Positions 11,640 to 23,185 of a stretch of DNA of 64,000 nt are shown one piece after another. Location of the stretch: the NCBI GenBank assembly GCA_001687465.1, contig LVLI01000202.1:186001-250000 (forward strand). Direction: 5' to 3'. The DNA is from Halocafeteria seosinensis (lineage: Eukaryota). Both the position numbers and the translations under genes were made by a program. A model generated the notes under the pieces. It did no database searches. It had not been told where the DNA came from and saw only the letters and a list, made by a program, of their open reading frames with translations. The stretch's first letter is position 1, and each line of letters begins with the position of its first letter.

Positions 11640-12110
11640 GACAGCATACGATCCATTCGCAAGGGATTTGCTGTATGAAGACATTCCACACTTACAAATG
11701 TCGTGTACCAACATGTCCTGAAATGACGGCCCAGGTGATACCCTACTCATGAGTTGGATATGGAGTGGTGAACGCACAACATTAGGCTACATTTGGTGAA
11801 TTGGGAAGCCAAACGTGCGCCATGCGGCCTCCGTAGAAGCAACATATCTACCACATACCACGGCAGTAGCCATCGACTAACTACTCTTGAAACAACTTGC
11901 GGGAGTGATGGAGAGTAGGAAAACATCCTCAACCTTGCAGTCGGTATTTTGTGTACCTCATCAGTGTCATCCGATTTCAGGTTCGTCAACATATGGCGAT
12001 CGAAACTACATAAGCGTTTGTGCTTGCTCACACCATCAGACGCTGGAGCTACGTTTGCGTTTCGGAGCTCGTCGTGGGTAATCTGTCGCAAACTCACTTG
12101 AGGAACGCCT
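11640..12110 (+). mobile_element. Probable decayed Mutator-like (MULE) transposase relic
   Basis: Broken frames read KGFAV*R / TYKCRVPTCP...H, then SVEATYL /frameshift/ YHG...TTCGSDGE*ENILNLAVGI, resembling the MULE motif vDaTyl..Y.G.l...g.Dg..ni..lA.gi; stops and frameshifts present, no TIRs found. Confidence 0.35.
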
Positions 12111-12370
12111 TGCCACAGTGAACAGTCCTGCATATCATTCATATCATCTATTTGCCCCTAAAAAATTCAACTTCTCCTTTGCCTTAAGTAATTCCGCTCG
12201 GAAGTTAACTGCAGTAAGAAACTGAAGAGCACCATACTGGTAGTCTTACGAATGCTTTTAGGGGCTACTTGGCTGATCCAAAACTCCTCCACTGATGAAT
12301 GAACAAACCTTGCATTAGATACTCCGGTATATCTGAACAAACCTCCAAACAGCTTCAGAGATGGCATTTG

Positions 12371-12452
12371 GGGTCGGCTCAGGGCTCGACTCGCGACTCA
12401 CAGCGTCGAGTCGAGGACCTCGAGGTGGTTCACCAACTCGAAGAGCCGACCC
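12371..12452. repeat. Nested inverted repeats forming a three-way (Y/T-shaped) junction
   Basis: gggtcggctc (12371-80) pairs perfectly with gagccgaccc (12443-52); ctcgactcg (12385-93) with cgagtcgag (12407-15); tcgag-tgg (12420-28) with cca-ctcga (12433-41). Confidence 0.85.
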
Positions 12453-12680
12453 GTGTTTGAAATTATTAGGGAGGGAGGGATAGGCATACAAGTTGGGCTA
12501 CAACCGGCCGTAATTCAGCGAGACCAGATTTGTGAACGTCAGGAAGGTAAGTATTGAAACTTAGTGGTCCCAGTACAAAGCGTACGATACATAGCATTTC
12601 GCTGGTAGCGTTGTGTATTCTGTAATTTATACGAGCATGTTATTCACGTGGAGAGGGGCATCCGTCGACATATGGACAGC

Positions 12681-13333
12681 TTAAATCATGGATACAGTCT
12701 CTCCAATCGGTCCTTTCTCGCAGACGTAAATACCATCTAAGAAACGACGGATATCCTTGTTGCGCACAAGACAGCTATCGTGGATAAGTGCGGCAGAGCG
12801 CGATACAGCTTCGACATCGTTGCCCAATAGTTCGATTTGGTCTTTAACGTTCTCAGAAAGCTTCACGGAAACACCGGGGAATGCTTTGATTCTTCGTACC
12901 ATACGCTCACCCAACACGTTGCGGATTTCCACAGTATCACTCTTTTCGCCAGTTACGTTCACTGTCATGGGGAAATGTGCGTAAGCGAGGCGCATCTTGT
13001 AGCAGAATCCCTTGCTGACTCCAGTCATCATGTTTTCAATGTGAGCGGTGAGGGTTCTAAGGCAGGCAATTTGCTTTCTGATTCCGAACCACATATCAAC
13101 TCTCAAGGTGTGCTTTCCTAACTTTTCAATGGCACAAGTCAAATGACGGAAGTCACGTTTTAGGGTTCCACGAGGTCCAGTGACAGTAACCTGTCTGGCT
13201 TTGACCTTGACGTCGACTGTGGCAAGGGAAATACCAAGATTGATTGCGATCACAAAAGCTAACGGCGCACATGTACATTAAACATACCTCCTTTCGGAAC
13301 CTTGACGTAGCGTGAGTTTAATACCTGCTTCAT
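12681..13333 (-). CDS. RPL9: 60S ribosomal protein L9 (uL6)
   Basis: Exon 13288-13333 (MKQVLNSRYVKVPKG), intron 13217-13287, then VTVTGPRGTLKRDFRH...YKMRLAYAHFP...KDIRRFLDGIYV. Confidence 0.97.
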
Positions 13334-13367
13334 CTTGCTACTCTGTTAATGCTAAGTCCCCAATGGT

Positions 13368-13733
13368 CTGCAAAGCAAGACAGCGACGAGGTTAGGTATC
13401 CATCGCGATGGAGAGCGCTCTTCACACTAGTCGTCACCGCACAGGAAGGTTACTTCCTACCAGGCAGAATCCAAATGTAAAAATGCAACATATCATCCAT
13501 GTTTTCATGATGATTAAGCTCGGCCTTTTTGTTGTTTTTCTCCGGGGGAACCATAAGGGGGAGGGCCTGCTTCCCTCACTTCCGCCACCCCAACCCTTTT
13601 TGCTCCCCACAGCAGCCCCTGGACTACGAACCGTGCACCCTCCCACTGGCACCCTATCCGTCCTTCCCTCAATAGGGACCCTTTACACCAATGTGGTCGA
13701 TATGAAGCAAACGAAGAGGATTAAATGACTTAC
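13368..13733 (-). other. Putative 366-nt 5'-UTR intron of RPL9
   Basis: Minus-strand GTAAGT donor at 13733, CCTAAC branch-like motif, pyrimidine tract and TGCAG acceptor ending at 13368, 34 nt before the ATG. Confidence 0.6.
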
Positions 13734-14722
13734 GTAAATCACGGAACTTCTAAATATCAGAGGCTCCACGTGAATAATCTGTAGGAGCGAAAAAATGGCA
13801 GAAATCCGCGGTAAGCGACACCAAAAGGGAAACACGACCTCCAAGCTATATTGTTGGGACTAGTCGAAAGACCAAATCGAGACAGAGAGCAATCCTGTAT
13901 GTAGTGGACACGATAGAGTGGACACTTACCATGCACCTCTCCAAACACACTCCGAATCGTAGGTGTTTTCGGCACACATTTTTCGGCATTCTGAAAAAGT
14001 AGCAAGAAAGATTGCTGTGTCTTTGCGGTTCGATTCTGGACTTTTGATTGCCTTAGAGTCCTCGAGATAAACGCATTGCCAAGCGAGTTAGATGTGACGG
14101 ATGATAACACTATCACTATCATTGCTCTATCGAAATATTACCTGCTTTAGACGGACCACTGATTCCCTTTTTGTAGGGGAGAGGGTTGTGAGGCAACTTG
14201 TGCAAGGGAAGTTATGGTATGGGAGATACAAATACAAGCACCCACGATTACAAGGTGTAACAGCCGTCGTTGGAATGGATAAATGAGATTTGTTGGGACA
14301 TACTCCTCTGCCTTGGACAAAAGCCTCTGTAGTGAAGGGTCCGAGGGAGGCAAATTCGTCCTGCTGCGTTAGACGAAGTGGATATCATTCGACGGAAGAA
14401 AATAAAACAAATTTACTCTACACACATGATATACTTGCTCTTTGATACTGGTGATCTTTCCCATCCTTGACGGTATGGATGGAGTTGAGGAGCTGCTATC
14501 ATCTCAAGCGGAAACTTTGAGCAGCGGACGCCGTGTCGGCCATCGTGTCAGCCCCAGCTACCAATTGAAGCTATTCAAGCATAATTTTTAGGGTTGATAC
14601 AGTCACAACAGCGACGAACCATAAAACCAACATTTCTCTTTTTTGCTGTCCGTATAGCAAAAAGCAGGTAATCTTGTACTTTTCTTCTCAGTCACTTTCG
14701 CAAAAAGTCCAAACTAAGAACA

Positions 14723-16413
14723 ATGGGATCTGAAAACATGGCAAGCCGCGAAATGCGCGGCGGTGGCTTCTACACCAAGGTAAGAGTCGTGTTTCCTTCC
14801 CCATATACAACTCACCTTGCCAGTGGACTTAGACGTGCGCGAAGAAGGGCACGAAGCAAGGGAGTGGCTTCGGTTTGAGCTCTTGTTCTTTTACCGCGGG
14901 GAGACTGCAGCCTTTACACACACAAACACTAACTAAGTGAAATACGGCAAGATTCACTCCTTGTGCTTGTAATGTGCTCCGCAGGCCACCAAGGGATGCT
15001 TCGATGTAATCGCCAACGCAAAGGTAAGGAAAAGCAGCTGTTCGTCCATAGATGCCCTTGTTCTGCAATCCGCGCCTGGCTGCCCCCTTACAGGACATGG
15101 TCATGGAGCAAATGGAGAAAGCTACGATTCCTGAGGGAAAGGAGCCATTCACTATAATGGATTTGGGGACTGCCGATGGTGGCACTGTGATGGTAAGAAA
15201 CCATGTTGGATGGGCAATAACTAAAATAGTGCTTCACGATGCAGAATCCACCACTCTGCAGTATCTAATGAAGGATATCTTGGACAAGCTTCGCAGTCGA
15301 GACCCCAGCAAGGAAGCTGTCATCATCTACGAGGACCAACCGACCAATGACTTCAAACCCCTATTCCTCATGACCCAAGTAAGTCATTTCCAAGCAGAGA
15401 AGTCGCTAGAAATTGCCGAATTTACCCGTTATCTGTTTCCAAATGCAGGGCATGATGGAAGGCCCCGAAAGCTTCTTGAAACATCACAAAGGAGTCTTCG
15501 TTGAAGCTTCGGGCACCTCATTCTATGAGCAATGCGCCCCTTCGGAGAGTGTTCAATTTGAACTGTCCTTCACCGCCATGCACTGGCTTCGCGTAACTGT
15601 ACGTTGTAGTAGTGTGATGTGAGAGCTTTACAATTTTTACAGGACTGGCTTTTTTATATCATTTGTTGGAAAAATGTGCAGCCTGGAAAAATAGCCAACG
15701 CTTTGCATAGCTCAATGGCTACTCCTGAAGAACAAAAGCCATTCGTTGAACAGGCACAAAAGGATTGGGAACACAACCTTTTGCTGAGAGCCCGCGAACT
15801 GGCTCCCGGTGGAAGATGTGTATTCGTCAACTTCTGTACCGATGAAGCTGGGCGGTTCTTGGGAAACACAACAAGCGCCGGAGGTCCGAAAGTGCACATG
15901 CACGCTACGTTCAACCGCATTTGGAAACAAATGGCTGACGAAGGGAAGATCACTCAAGAAGAGTACAAGAATACGAACTTCCCGCAACACTACCGAACCG
16001 TGGAAGAGTACAAAGCCCCGTTTGAAGATCCAAACTCTGAAGTTCGCAAAGCTGGACTTCGTCTTGAAAAGATCGAAACGAAAATCACACCTTGTCCGTT
16101 TGCTGCTGCCTACAAGAACGGAAAGTTCGCTAACGGAGAAGAATTTGCAAAGGAGTACATCCAAACTCTGAAGAGCTGGAGCAGCGGTGTTTTCCTGACT
16201 GGCTTGAGCGAGAAACGTTCTCCGGAAGAAAGACAGGCTCTAGTCGATGAGTTTTATGGCAGGTACGTGTTTTATCCGAATTCTCTCGATTTCATGCAAC
16301 GTATATGCTAAGTGGAACGTGCGGTTTGCAGGTATGCCCAAGAAGCAGCCCAGAGCCCAGGTGACCACGGAATGGACTTCGTCCATGCTTACACAGTAAT
16401 CCGTAAGGAGTAG
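14723..16413 (+). CDS. SABATH-family (Methyltransf_7) SAM-dependent small-molecule methyltransferase
   Basis: Seven exons; motifs MRGGGFY, FTIMDLGTADGGT, YEDQPTNDFKPLF, GTSFYEQ..P.ESV, AMHWL and RARELAPGG match the family. Confidence 0.88.
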
Positions 16414-16702
16414 AGTACAACCTGGAAAGAATAAGCACAACGACTGACCCTTTTACTTGTTTAGGTTGTAGCCGAAAAGTAACCATACCCTGCCAACAAC
16501 AGTCTATGCAGCCGATTGCATGCCGTGCTTCATTGTCCGGTAGCGTGCTTGGGTTACCCAAGTTGGGTAGTCAGTGTTGGATTCCAGCCCAAGACCTTCA
16601 CATCCAATACCAGGACACTGCCAAGGTAGAATAATCAGATGATAGAAGATTGTTGAATGTTCTCAAATTAGTAGCGATATAGGAGGTAGTGTATAGAAAG
16701 AC

Positions 16703-18326
16703 ATGTCTCATAAACGAGTAGCTCCCTCGCCTCATGCACATTTGCGGGAGACGTCAGCTCCTCTCGCGAAAGGAGCAGCGTCTGGAGGAAGTGGACGGGA
16801 GCGCATAACTAGTCGAGCAAGCAGCCATACAGTTAGTTCTTCCCGTTCTGGGGCACATAAAAATGGAGGAGCCTCGCTCTCAGGAGCAGCAAGCTCGTCA
16901 AGATTCCCTCATAAACACCTGTTCGAAGGAGGTGAGATGCCTTCCGGTGGAAAACAACAGAGACTAATGGCCAGAGTTCATCACCAGTTGATAATTTTTC
17001 AAGAAATTGTAGCTACGTTAGACCGCACTGAGCAATTAATGAACCCAACTCTGAGTACTGCGCCGGTAGATGCCGCGGCTACGTTCGCTCCTACCCGTCG
17101 ATGGACGAGTTCTTCTGATCCTATGCACAATCAAGATAACAAAGCGAAACAAGTAAACTGGGGCCTGCTAACAAGGGATAGAGTGGATCAGTACTACAGG
17201 GGACATTTATATACAGAAAGTAGAGGGACTACAGAGGAATCTGCTATCAAATCCCAGCACTTTACACGGGTCAGATTTTATTGTTACCTGTGCCTCGCGA
17301 TGGGTTTGACTGGCCCTTTATCAACGGAGCACCATAAGGCTCTCGTACAAGGATGCTTAAGACTCTTCAAGGAATACAAACATTTGCAGTTGTCTTTCGA
17401 CCTGAAGACAAGAGACTTAAGGCGATTAGGACGAAAGGTAACTACACAGAAGTTTCTCTTCTTGAGTGTTGATCCCATTTAGCTGTGTTGTTCGCAGAAC
17501 CTAGATGCTGTCAATTTGAAGAGCTGGCTACGCATACGGATGAATCCTTCCCCGGTTCAGTTACAACCGTCTAGCTTTTCAGCGCTCTCCGTGAACACGC
17601 AGTCCGTGTACCCCGCTATTGGAAGGACTCTCTCGGTATCGTTACTTCACGCCGGGGAAGAAAATAGCCCTGTGTTACCTCAACCTGAGCAGTCTCTGAT
17701 CCAAACAGATTCTCAAGAAAATGATGGAGTGAGCACAGACAAGAGTCTTGATTTCAGTGGAGAAGCCTCCCTCAGCACGTCTGAGATGCCACCCAATATG
17801 TCATACAAATACCTTCGAATTCCTTCAATGGTAAGCCCACTGTCTCTATATTTGAAAATGTTCTAAGTGACACTAATTTCTTCTAACTTTTACAGCCGTT
17901 GTCCCCGTGGGATAGTGGTTTCTTCCGAGTTTCTCCCTCTCAATGCCTGAACTTTCTGCTTCGTCCTTTTATCCAATTGTTCAAGAGACTTCTGCACGAT
18001 GTGTCGTCCGGGACGTTGACAGAGACAGGGACAAAACACAACGAGGAGCTTTGTCGTCTCGTTAATGTAAGACTGAGGCGGAGCAGTTTTTTCTGAACTT
18101 TTACTGTGACGGGACAGTTTGATGATTTTGCTTACGATGCAGAAGTACATACTAGAGCCGTTTCTCGTGGAATTCGCTGAGATGTCTCGCATGTCAACCA
18201 AGTAAAGTGATAGCCGACTAGGATAACTAGTGGCCCCACGTCATTATCGACGAGTTTGGTGGAATGATTACACCTTACAGCATTGGTTGCACTTACTCGA
18301 GTCTCTGCCGGCCTACGTGTCTTTAA
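16703..18326 (+). CDS. Hypothetical multi-exon protein; 3' end uncertain (could stop at 18204)
   Basis: ORFs at 16703, 17516 and 17899 join in frame through GT-AG introns near 17438, 17831 and 18067; no function recognised. Confidence 0.6.
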
Positions 18327-19181
18327 ATTTGTGGACCACCTGCGCAAGTCAGGTCGCTCTGGAACTCACTGTCTATAAATACTACGGCATCGACGACTGA
18401 GGTGCGAGAACCTTCAGACGAGAAGTTAGCGTGGAGTTGCGAATTAATTTCCTTCGCGGCACCGTTTGTCTGCCATCATCTAAATTGGTGGTCATTCACC
18501 ATTTGTGAAAGTACGCTGCTTGAGCTTCGCGAAGAGTGATGCACACACAAACACAGTGACAGCAATATTTTATGAAGAAAAGTTCTAATGATGTGGTAAT
18601 AAACTTACCGGATCCTCTTAGGAATGAGTGATTGGTGGCTGAAGAGGTTTCCACAGGAAGTTTCCTCCCTGTAGCAACTCGGGGTAGTTCTTGGGATACG
18701 TGTAAACCTGTAGTCTAGACTTTTTAGAACTAATGAGCAGAGTTTTGTGGTATATTTGTACCATGCGTGTTCAAAATGAACGCGCGTCTTGGCCTCGCAC
18801 AGACTGTGTGACAGACAGGGACGTTTTGGTGGTTGTCCTACTGTCAGCGACTCAACGGACATGTGCGACAGCTGTTGTAACTCTGGCTTCATGCCTTTCG
18901 CCTTTCCCATAGAAGATATCAATCACCAATGGATATCAACGTTCGCCCTTTTGGTTAGGGCATTCACCACTCTGTACCTGTGAATAGTACAAGAGGGCCC
19001 TCCAGAGGTCCTATATAGCCGGTTAAAAGATCTCCGGAGCCGACCGTTGAAGTTAGAGCAGCGGTCCATGCACTGCCGTTCGGATTGCTGTGTATGTCGA
19101 GCATTTCATCCTCCCGAGTTTGTTGGCTGTAAGGAGACTAGCACACAGTTGTCATTCGATCGGGATTGAAAAACATAGACG

Positions 19182-22100
19182 ATGGAGGGGACGTCAAGTG
19201 AACCTCCACCGCCACCAGTGGTAGGTGTGGAAGACAGTATGAATGAATGTCTTCCACTCTCATTTTGCCTTTTTTTGTTGTTGCAGGAGAGCAATGTCAA
19301 TGTGGACATCAATTTCTACTTGAGACTGTTGAAGTGCAATACTCTATATGGTAAGCGAGACACAACAGTTGCTTGTCTCAAACAGCTCGTACTTCCCCCC
19401 ATATGGTTTCGTGGAGGGCTTCAATGTGTATTCAAAACTCTTTTCTGAGCCGTATGCAGACGCTGCTGATGCCATTCTCTCTGAAGTGCTCACTCAAAGT
19501 GGTGCGGATGGCGCAGTATTATTCGCGCCTCATTCTCCTGGGATGCAGGAGCTCCATCTGGCGCTCTGCAAGAAAAAGGAGATGGAAACAGGGATTCGGC
19601 TCGAAGCCATCAATGTTGAAGCAAACAGCCCCGAATCCTTCAGTTTAGAGCGAGCCGCACAACTCGGCACCGTTATGCACATCACGTCGGCCAATTCGAA
19701 GATGCTACAGAAGTCATTCGCGCAGAAGCACATTGATCCTAATGTTAACATGGTGTCAATTCTCCCCGCTCGATATCAAAAGTTCAAGGGAGTGGTTGAA
19801 CTCTTTTCGAGACAAGCTGATCATGACGTTCCAGAAGAGGAGGCCTTAAATAATGTTTGCGCTCATGGAGCGGTGGTGATCAGTCGTTTACTACAGCTTG
19901 CTACGGCTCAATCCTTGAAATACCGCTCCGAAATGATGATGCAGATGGTCCAGCATATTTCGAACGCTCCCAAGCAAGCAGATGTGATAGAGCTCATTAT
20001 TCAGTCCGCGAAGGATATGCTGGATGCGCAACGCGTAACTCTCTTACTGGTCGATTACGAAAACCGACAGCTTATAATTACGAGGTCTATGGATGCTGAA
20101 GGCACGAAGATTCCATTGAAGAAGAGTAGCATTGCGGGATATGTGGCGAAAACAGGCAACGCACTGAATATTTCTAATGCTTATGAAGATGATCGATTTG
20201 ATCCAACGGTCGACAAGAATACAGGCTTTACTACTAAATCAGTTCTCTGTGTTCCCGTGCGAGATAGCACCTCGTCTGTTGTGGGAGTTATTCAGGCTAT
20301 CAATCGCGTTTGTCCCTCGTCTCTGAATGGTATCCATAAACAAGAGGCTCCTGATTGGGTTAGTTTTCCTGAGAATACGGTTGTTCCACAGTCTCTTCGA
20401 CATCAAGGATCATGGCCATTCACTGACGAAGACCAGACTCTCGTAATGACGCTAGCTGGTCATGCAGGAATATCGCTGCAACGTATTGAGATGTGTCACC
20501 AGTCGGAGCGCCAGCGAGAAGTCAACTCTGCGGTGTTGGACGTCGTTAGAGACGTTGCATCGGAAACGGGTAGTTTGCAGGACTTAATGCATCGAATTGT
20601 GAACGCTTCGTATAGGATCACCGACGCCGAAAGAGTAACTTTGTACCTCGTCGACCAAGCACGGCAAGAGTTGTGGTTAGCTATCAGCAAGGACATTGCT
20701 GGCAAACGGATCCCGCTCGGTCGTGGTATCGCCGGTATCGTGGCCCAATCTGGAGAGACAATACTCATTCGAGGTAAGATATGATAAAGCATCTAACTTG
20801 TTCATATATTCCTGTACACCTTGTTCGACGTCTTGTACAGATGCATACGCTGACCCCAGATTCAATGTGGACATTGATAGAGAAACGGGTTTTAAGACCA
20901 GACAAATCCTATGCGTGCCAGTTTCAATGATGCCATCGGAGAATCCCATTGCAGTTCTGCAGGTCATAAATAAGCGAAATGGGAAAGAGTTTACTGATGA
21001 AGACTGTGACGCTATGGAAGCATTTTCCTTGGAAGCTGCGGTGGCTCTGAAGCGCAAATCCATGGACGCCATCTTCCTCCGGATGCTTCAGCATGTTGGC
21101 TCTCAGTCAGGACAAAAGGAGCAGGTGGTTGCCGATAGTAACATAAAAGGTACATGGAATAATGCAAAGCGGCTGGGTGCTCACGCTGAAGCGGAGAAAG
21201 AGTTCCAGGTATCTCTGTTAGAACTTTTTAGCGATGAAGTGACCTCTGCGAAATTGCATAGCACGATTAAATTTTCATGGGTGAGCACTTCTCCTCCTCG
21301 AAAGACTCACGAATTTAATGAGAGCGCGCTATACAGTCAAAGTAGTGTTGATTCAGAACATACTTCAGGGCCCGTAAAGACTTTTTCTTTCAATAGGAAC
21401 GCAAGTGAATACTCCCTGTTGGGCTCGCCTGAACCATCTCGGGACGACTGGGCAATCCACAGCCAAACCGAAATTGAAGAAAGCGACCCCATTTTTTCAT
21501 GGGAGACCAACATCTTTGAGTTGGACAGGAAGGAAATGAAGAGTATGGTCTACAAAATGTTTCAAAATTTTGGGTTATTTAAAAGGTTCGGTGTCACACA
21601 AAAGAAGTTCATCTCATTTGTGGATCGTGTAGAGTCCCTATACCATGAAAACCCGTAAGTTTACCGAGTCTCTCCTAGTCTGCATAGGCAAAACTTAGTG
21701 GAAAATTACCCGTATGTCTCATTGCAGCTTTCACAATTTTTACCATTCCGTATCCGTGCTCCATGCCGCCTTTATGATGGTTTGTAAGACCAAAGCCTTT
21801 CGGTGTCTGAGCTTTTTGGACATATTAGGAGTGCTGATAGCGGCTCTCTGTCACGATATTGATCATCCTGGGCACTCGCAAGCGTATGAGATCAATATAC
21901 GGTCTGCTTGGGCCATACGTCACAACGATGATGCTGTGTTGGAGAGGCACCACGCACACACGACCTTTGAGACTCTTCATCGGGAAGACTGCAACATCCT
22001 GGGAAACCTATCTCGATCGGAATACCAGCATGTCCGCAAAGTCATAATAACAGGTATCCTAGGAACAGATATGTCAAAACACTTCTCCTTAATACAGAAG

Positions 22101-22749
22101 CTGTCGGAGCGCGCAGCTGCATTTTCCGAGAAAGTTGCTGAAGAATTCTCCGATGCGGATTCCCCTGAAATAAAGCGAAAATCAAGTTCCATTGATACAA
22201 CGTGGTCGAAGCGTCGCTCGGTTGTTAATATGCAGAGACTTCGCGAGCGTCGTGCTAATTCTGTAGATGATACGGATTTCTTGACGACCCTTCCTTTTGA
22301 TAGAAATGTGGATGAGCATAGATTGCTTTTGTTGGAAGCACTAGTGCACACAGCTGACCTGTCTGGACAGGCATTCCCTCCGATGGTAGCAACCATTTGG
22401 GGAAATGCGGTAATCAGTGAATTTCAACAAGAGGCTGAAAAGCAACTCAACGCTGGGTAAGTGTGTCTGTTGTGTTTCTCTGGTCTGTTTGCTCCTGGTT
22501 TATCGAGAGTGAAATCGTTACAGGTATGAGCCGCCACCGTTTATGAAAAACTTAGAGACCGAACTGCAACAGAACAAATTGCAATCCAGTTTCATTCTCA
22601 ACATAGTCCTGCCACTGTGGGAGCAAATGGATGAGCTGCTACAAGACTTGAATACTCCACTACAGAATTTAAGACTGAACCATCAATTGTATGAAAAGAG
22701 GATACGCGATGTGTCTGTGTCTAGTGACGATCTCACAGATGAAAGCTAG
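19182..22749 (+). CDS. Class I 3',5'-cyclic nucleotide phosphodiesterase with tandem GAF domains
   Basis: Two clear GAF domains (IAGYVAKTG..NAYEDDRFD..VD..TGFTTKSVLCVP; IAGIVAQSG..DAYADPRFN..ID.ETGFKTRQILCVP), a possible degenerate first GAF, and catalytic motifs FHNFYH, HDIDHPG, LERHH, GTDM, HTADLS, LQSSFI; five introns. Confidence 0.93.
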
Positions 22750-23185
22750 GGAGACAGAGAGAAAGCCCTGTACGTATCCACGATAACTGCTGGTGACATG
22801 CAACTATTGCGAATTTTGATCGTGGTGCTTAGTGCCGGTTAGAAGTGATACAATTGACACCGAAAGCAATATACATACTGACAATCGCACACGACCACAG
22901 AGCTTTTTTCGGCCTCCTTAGCCACAATGATCCGCGTACAGTGTTTTTTCTTTCCTGTAGATAAGCCGTATACAGTGTCGTCGAGCCCTTTTCTACTTCC
23001 TGCACGAGGTTCCGCATTTACGCTTCCACAGTGGATCCCAAGTTTACGCGTGAGGGGTGGCCCGGTCCGGGCGCTACGCCCGGATTCTGAACACAGAAGG
23101 TGTAGCTCCATTTGCATCGTAATAAAACTATACTATTTGTTGGCTCGTTAGAATCTGTATCTGACTTGCCTGTCGTGAAGCTAAA

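Noticed and set aside
13353..13362. AAGTCCCC resembling RNase MRP conserved region I
   Set aside because: No matching region V partner at a suitable distance; it lies in the RPL9 5' UTR.
14894..14912. ccgcggggagactgcagc resembling the start of an SAH riboswitch
   Set aside because: The complementary strand and pseudoknot partner of that aptamer are absent.
22902..22955. Loose resemblance to the U2 snRNA 5' end (gctttttTCGGCCt...gatc...ttctt)
   Set aside because: Lacks the invariant GUAGUA branch-recognition sequence, stem I and an Sm site.
23060..23084. GC-rich 8-bp hairpin tccgggcg-cta-cgcccgga upstream of SLU7
   Set aside because: An isolated short stem with no supporting context; plausible by chance in 64 kb.
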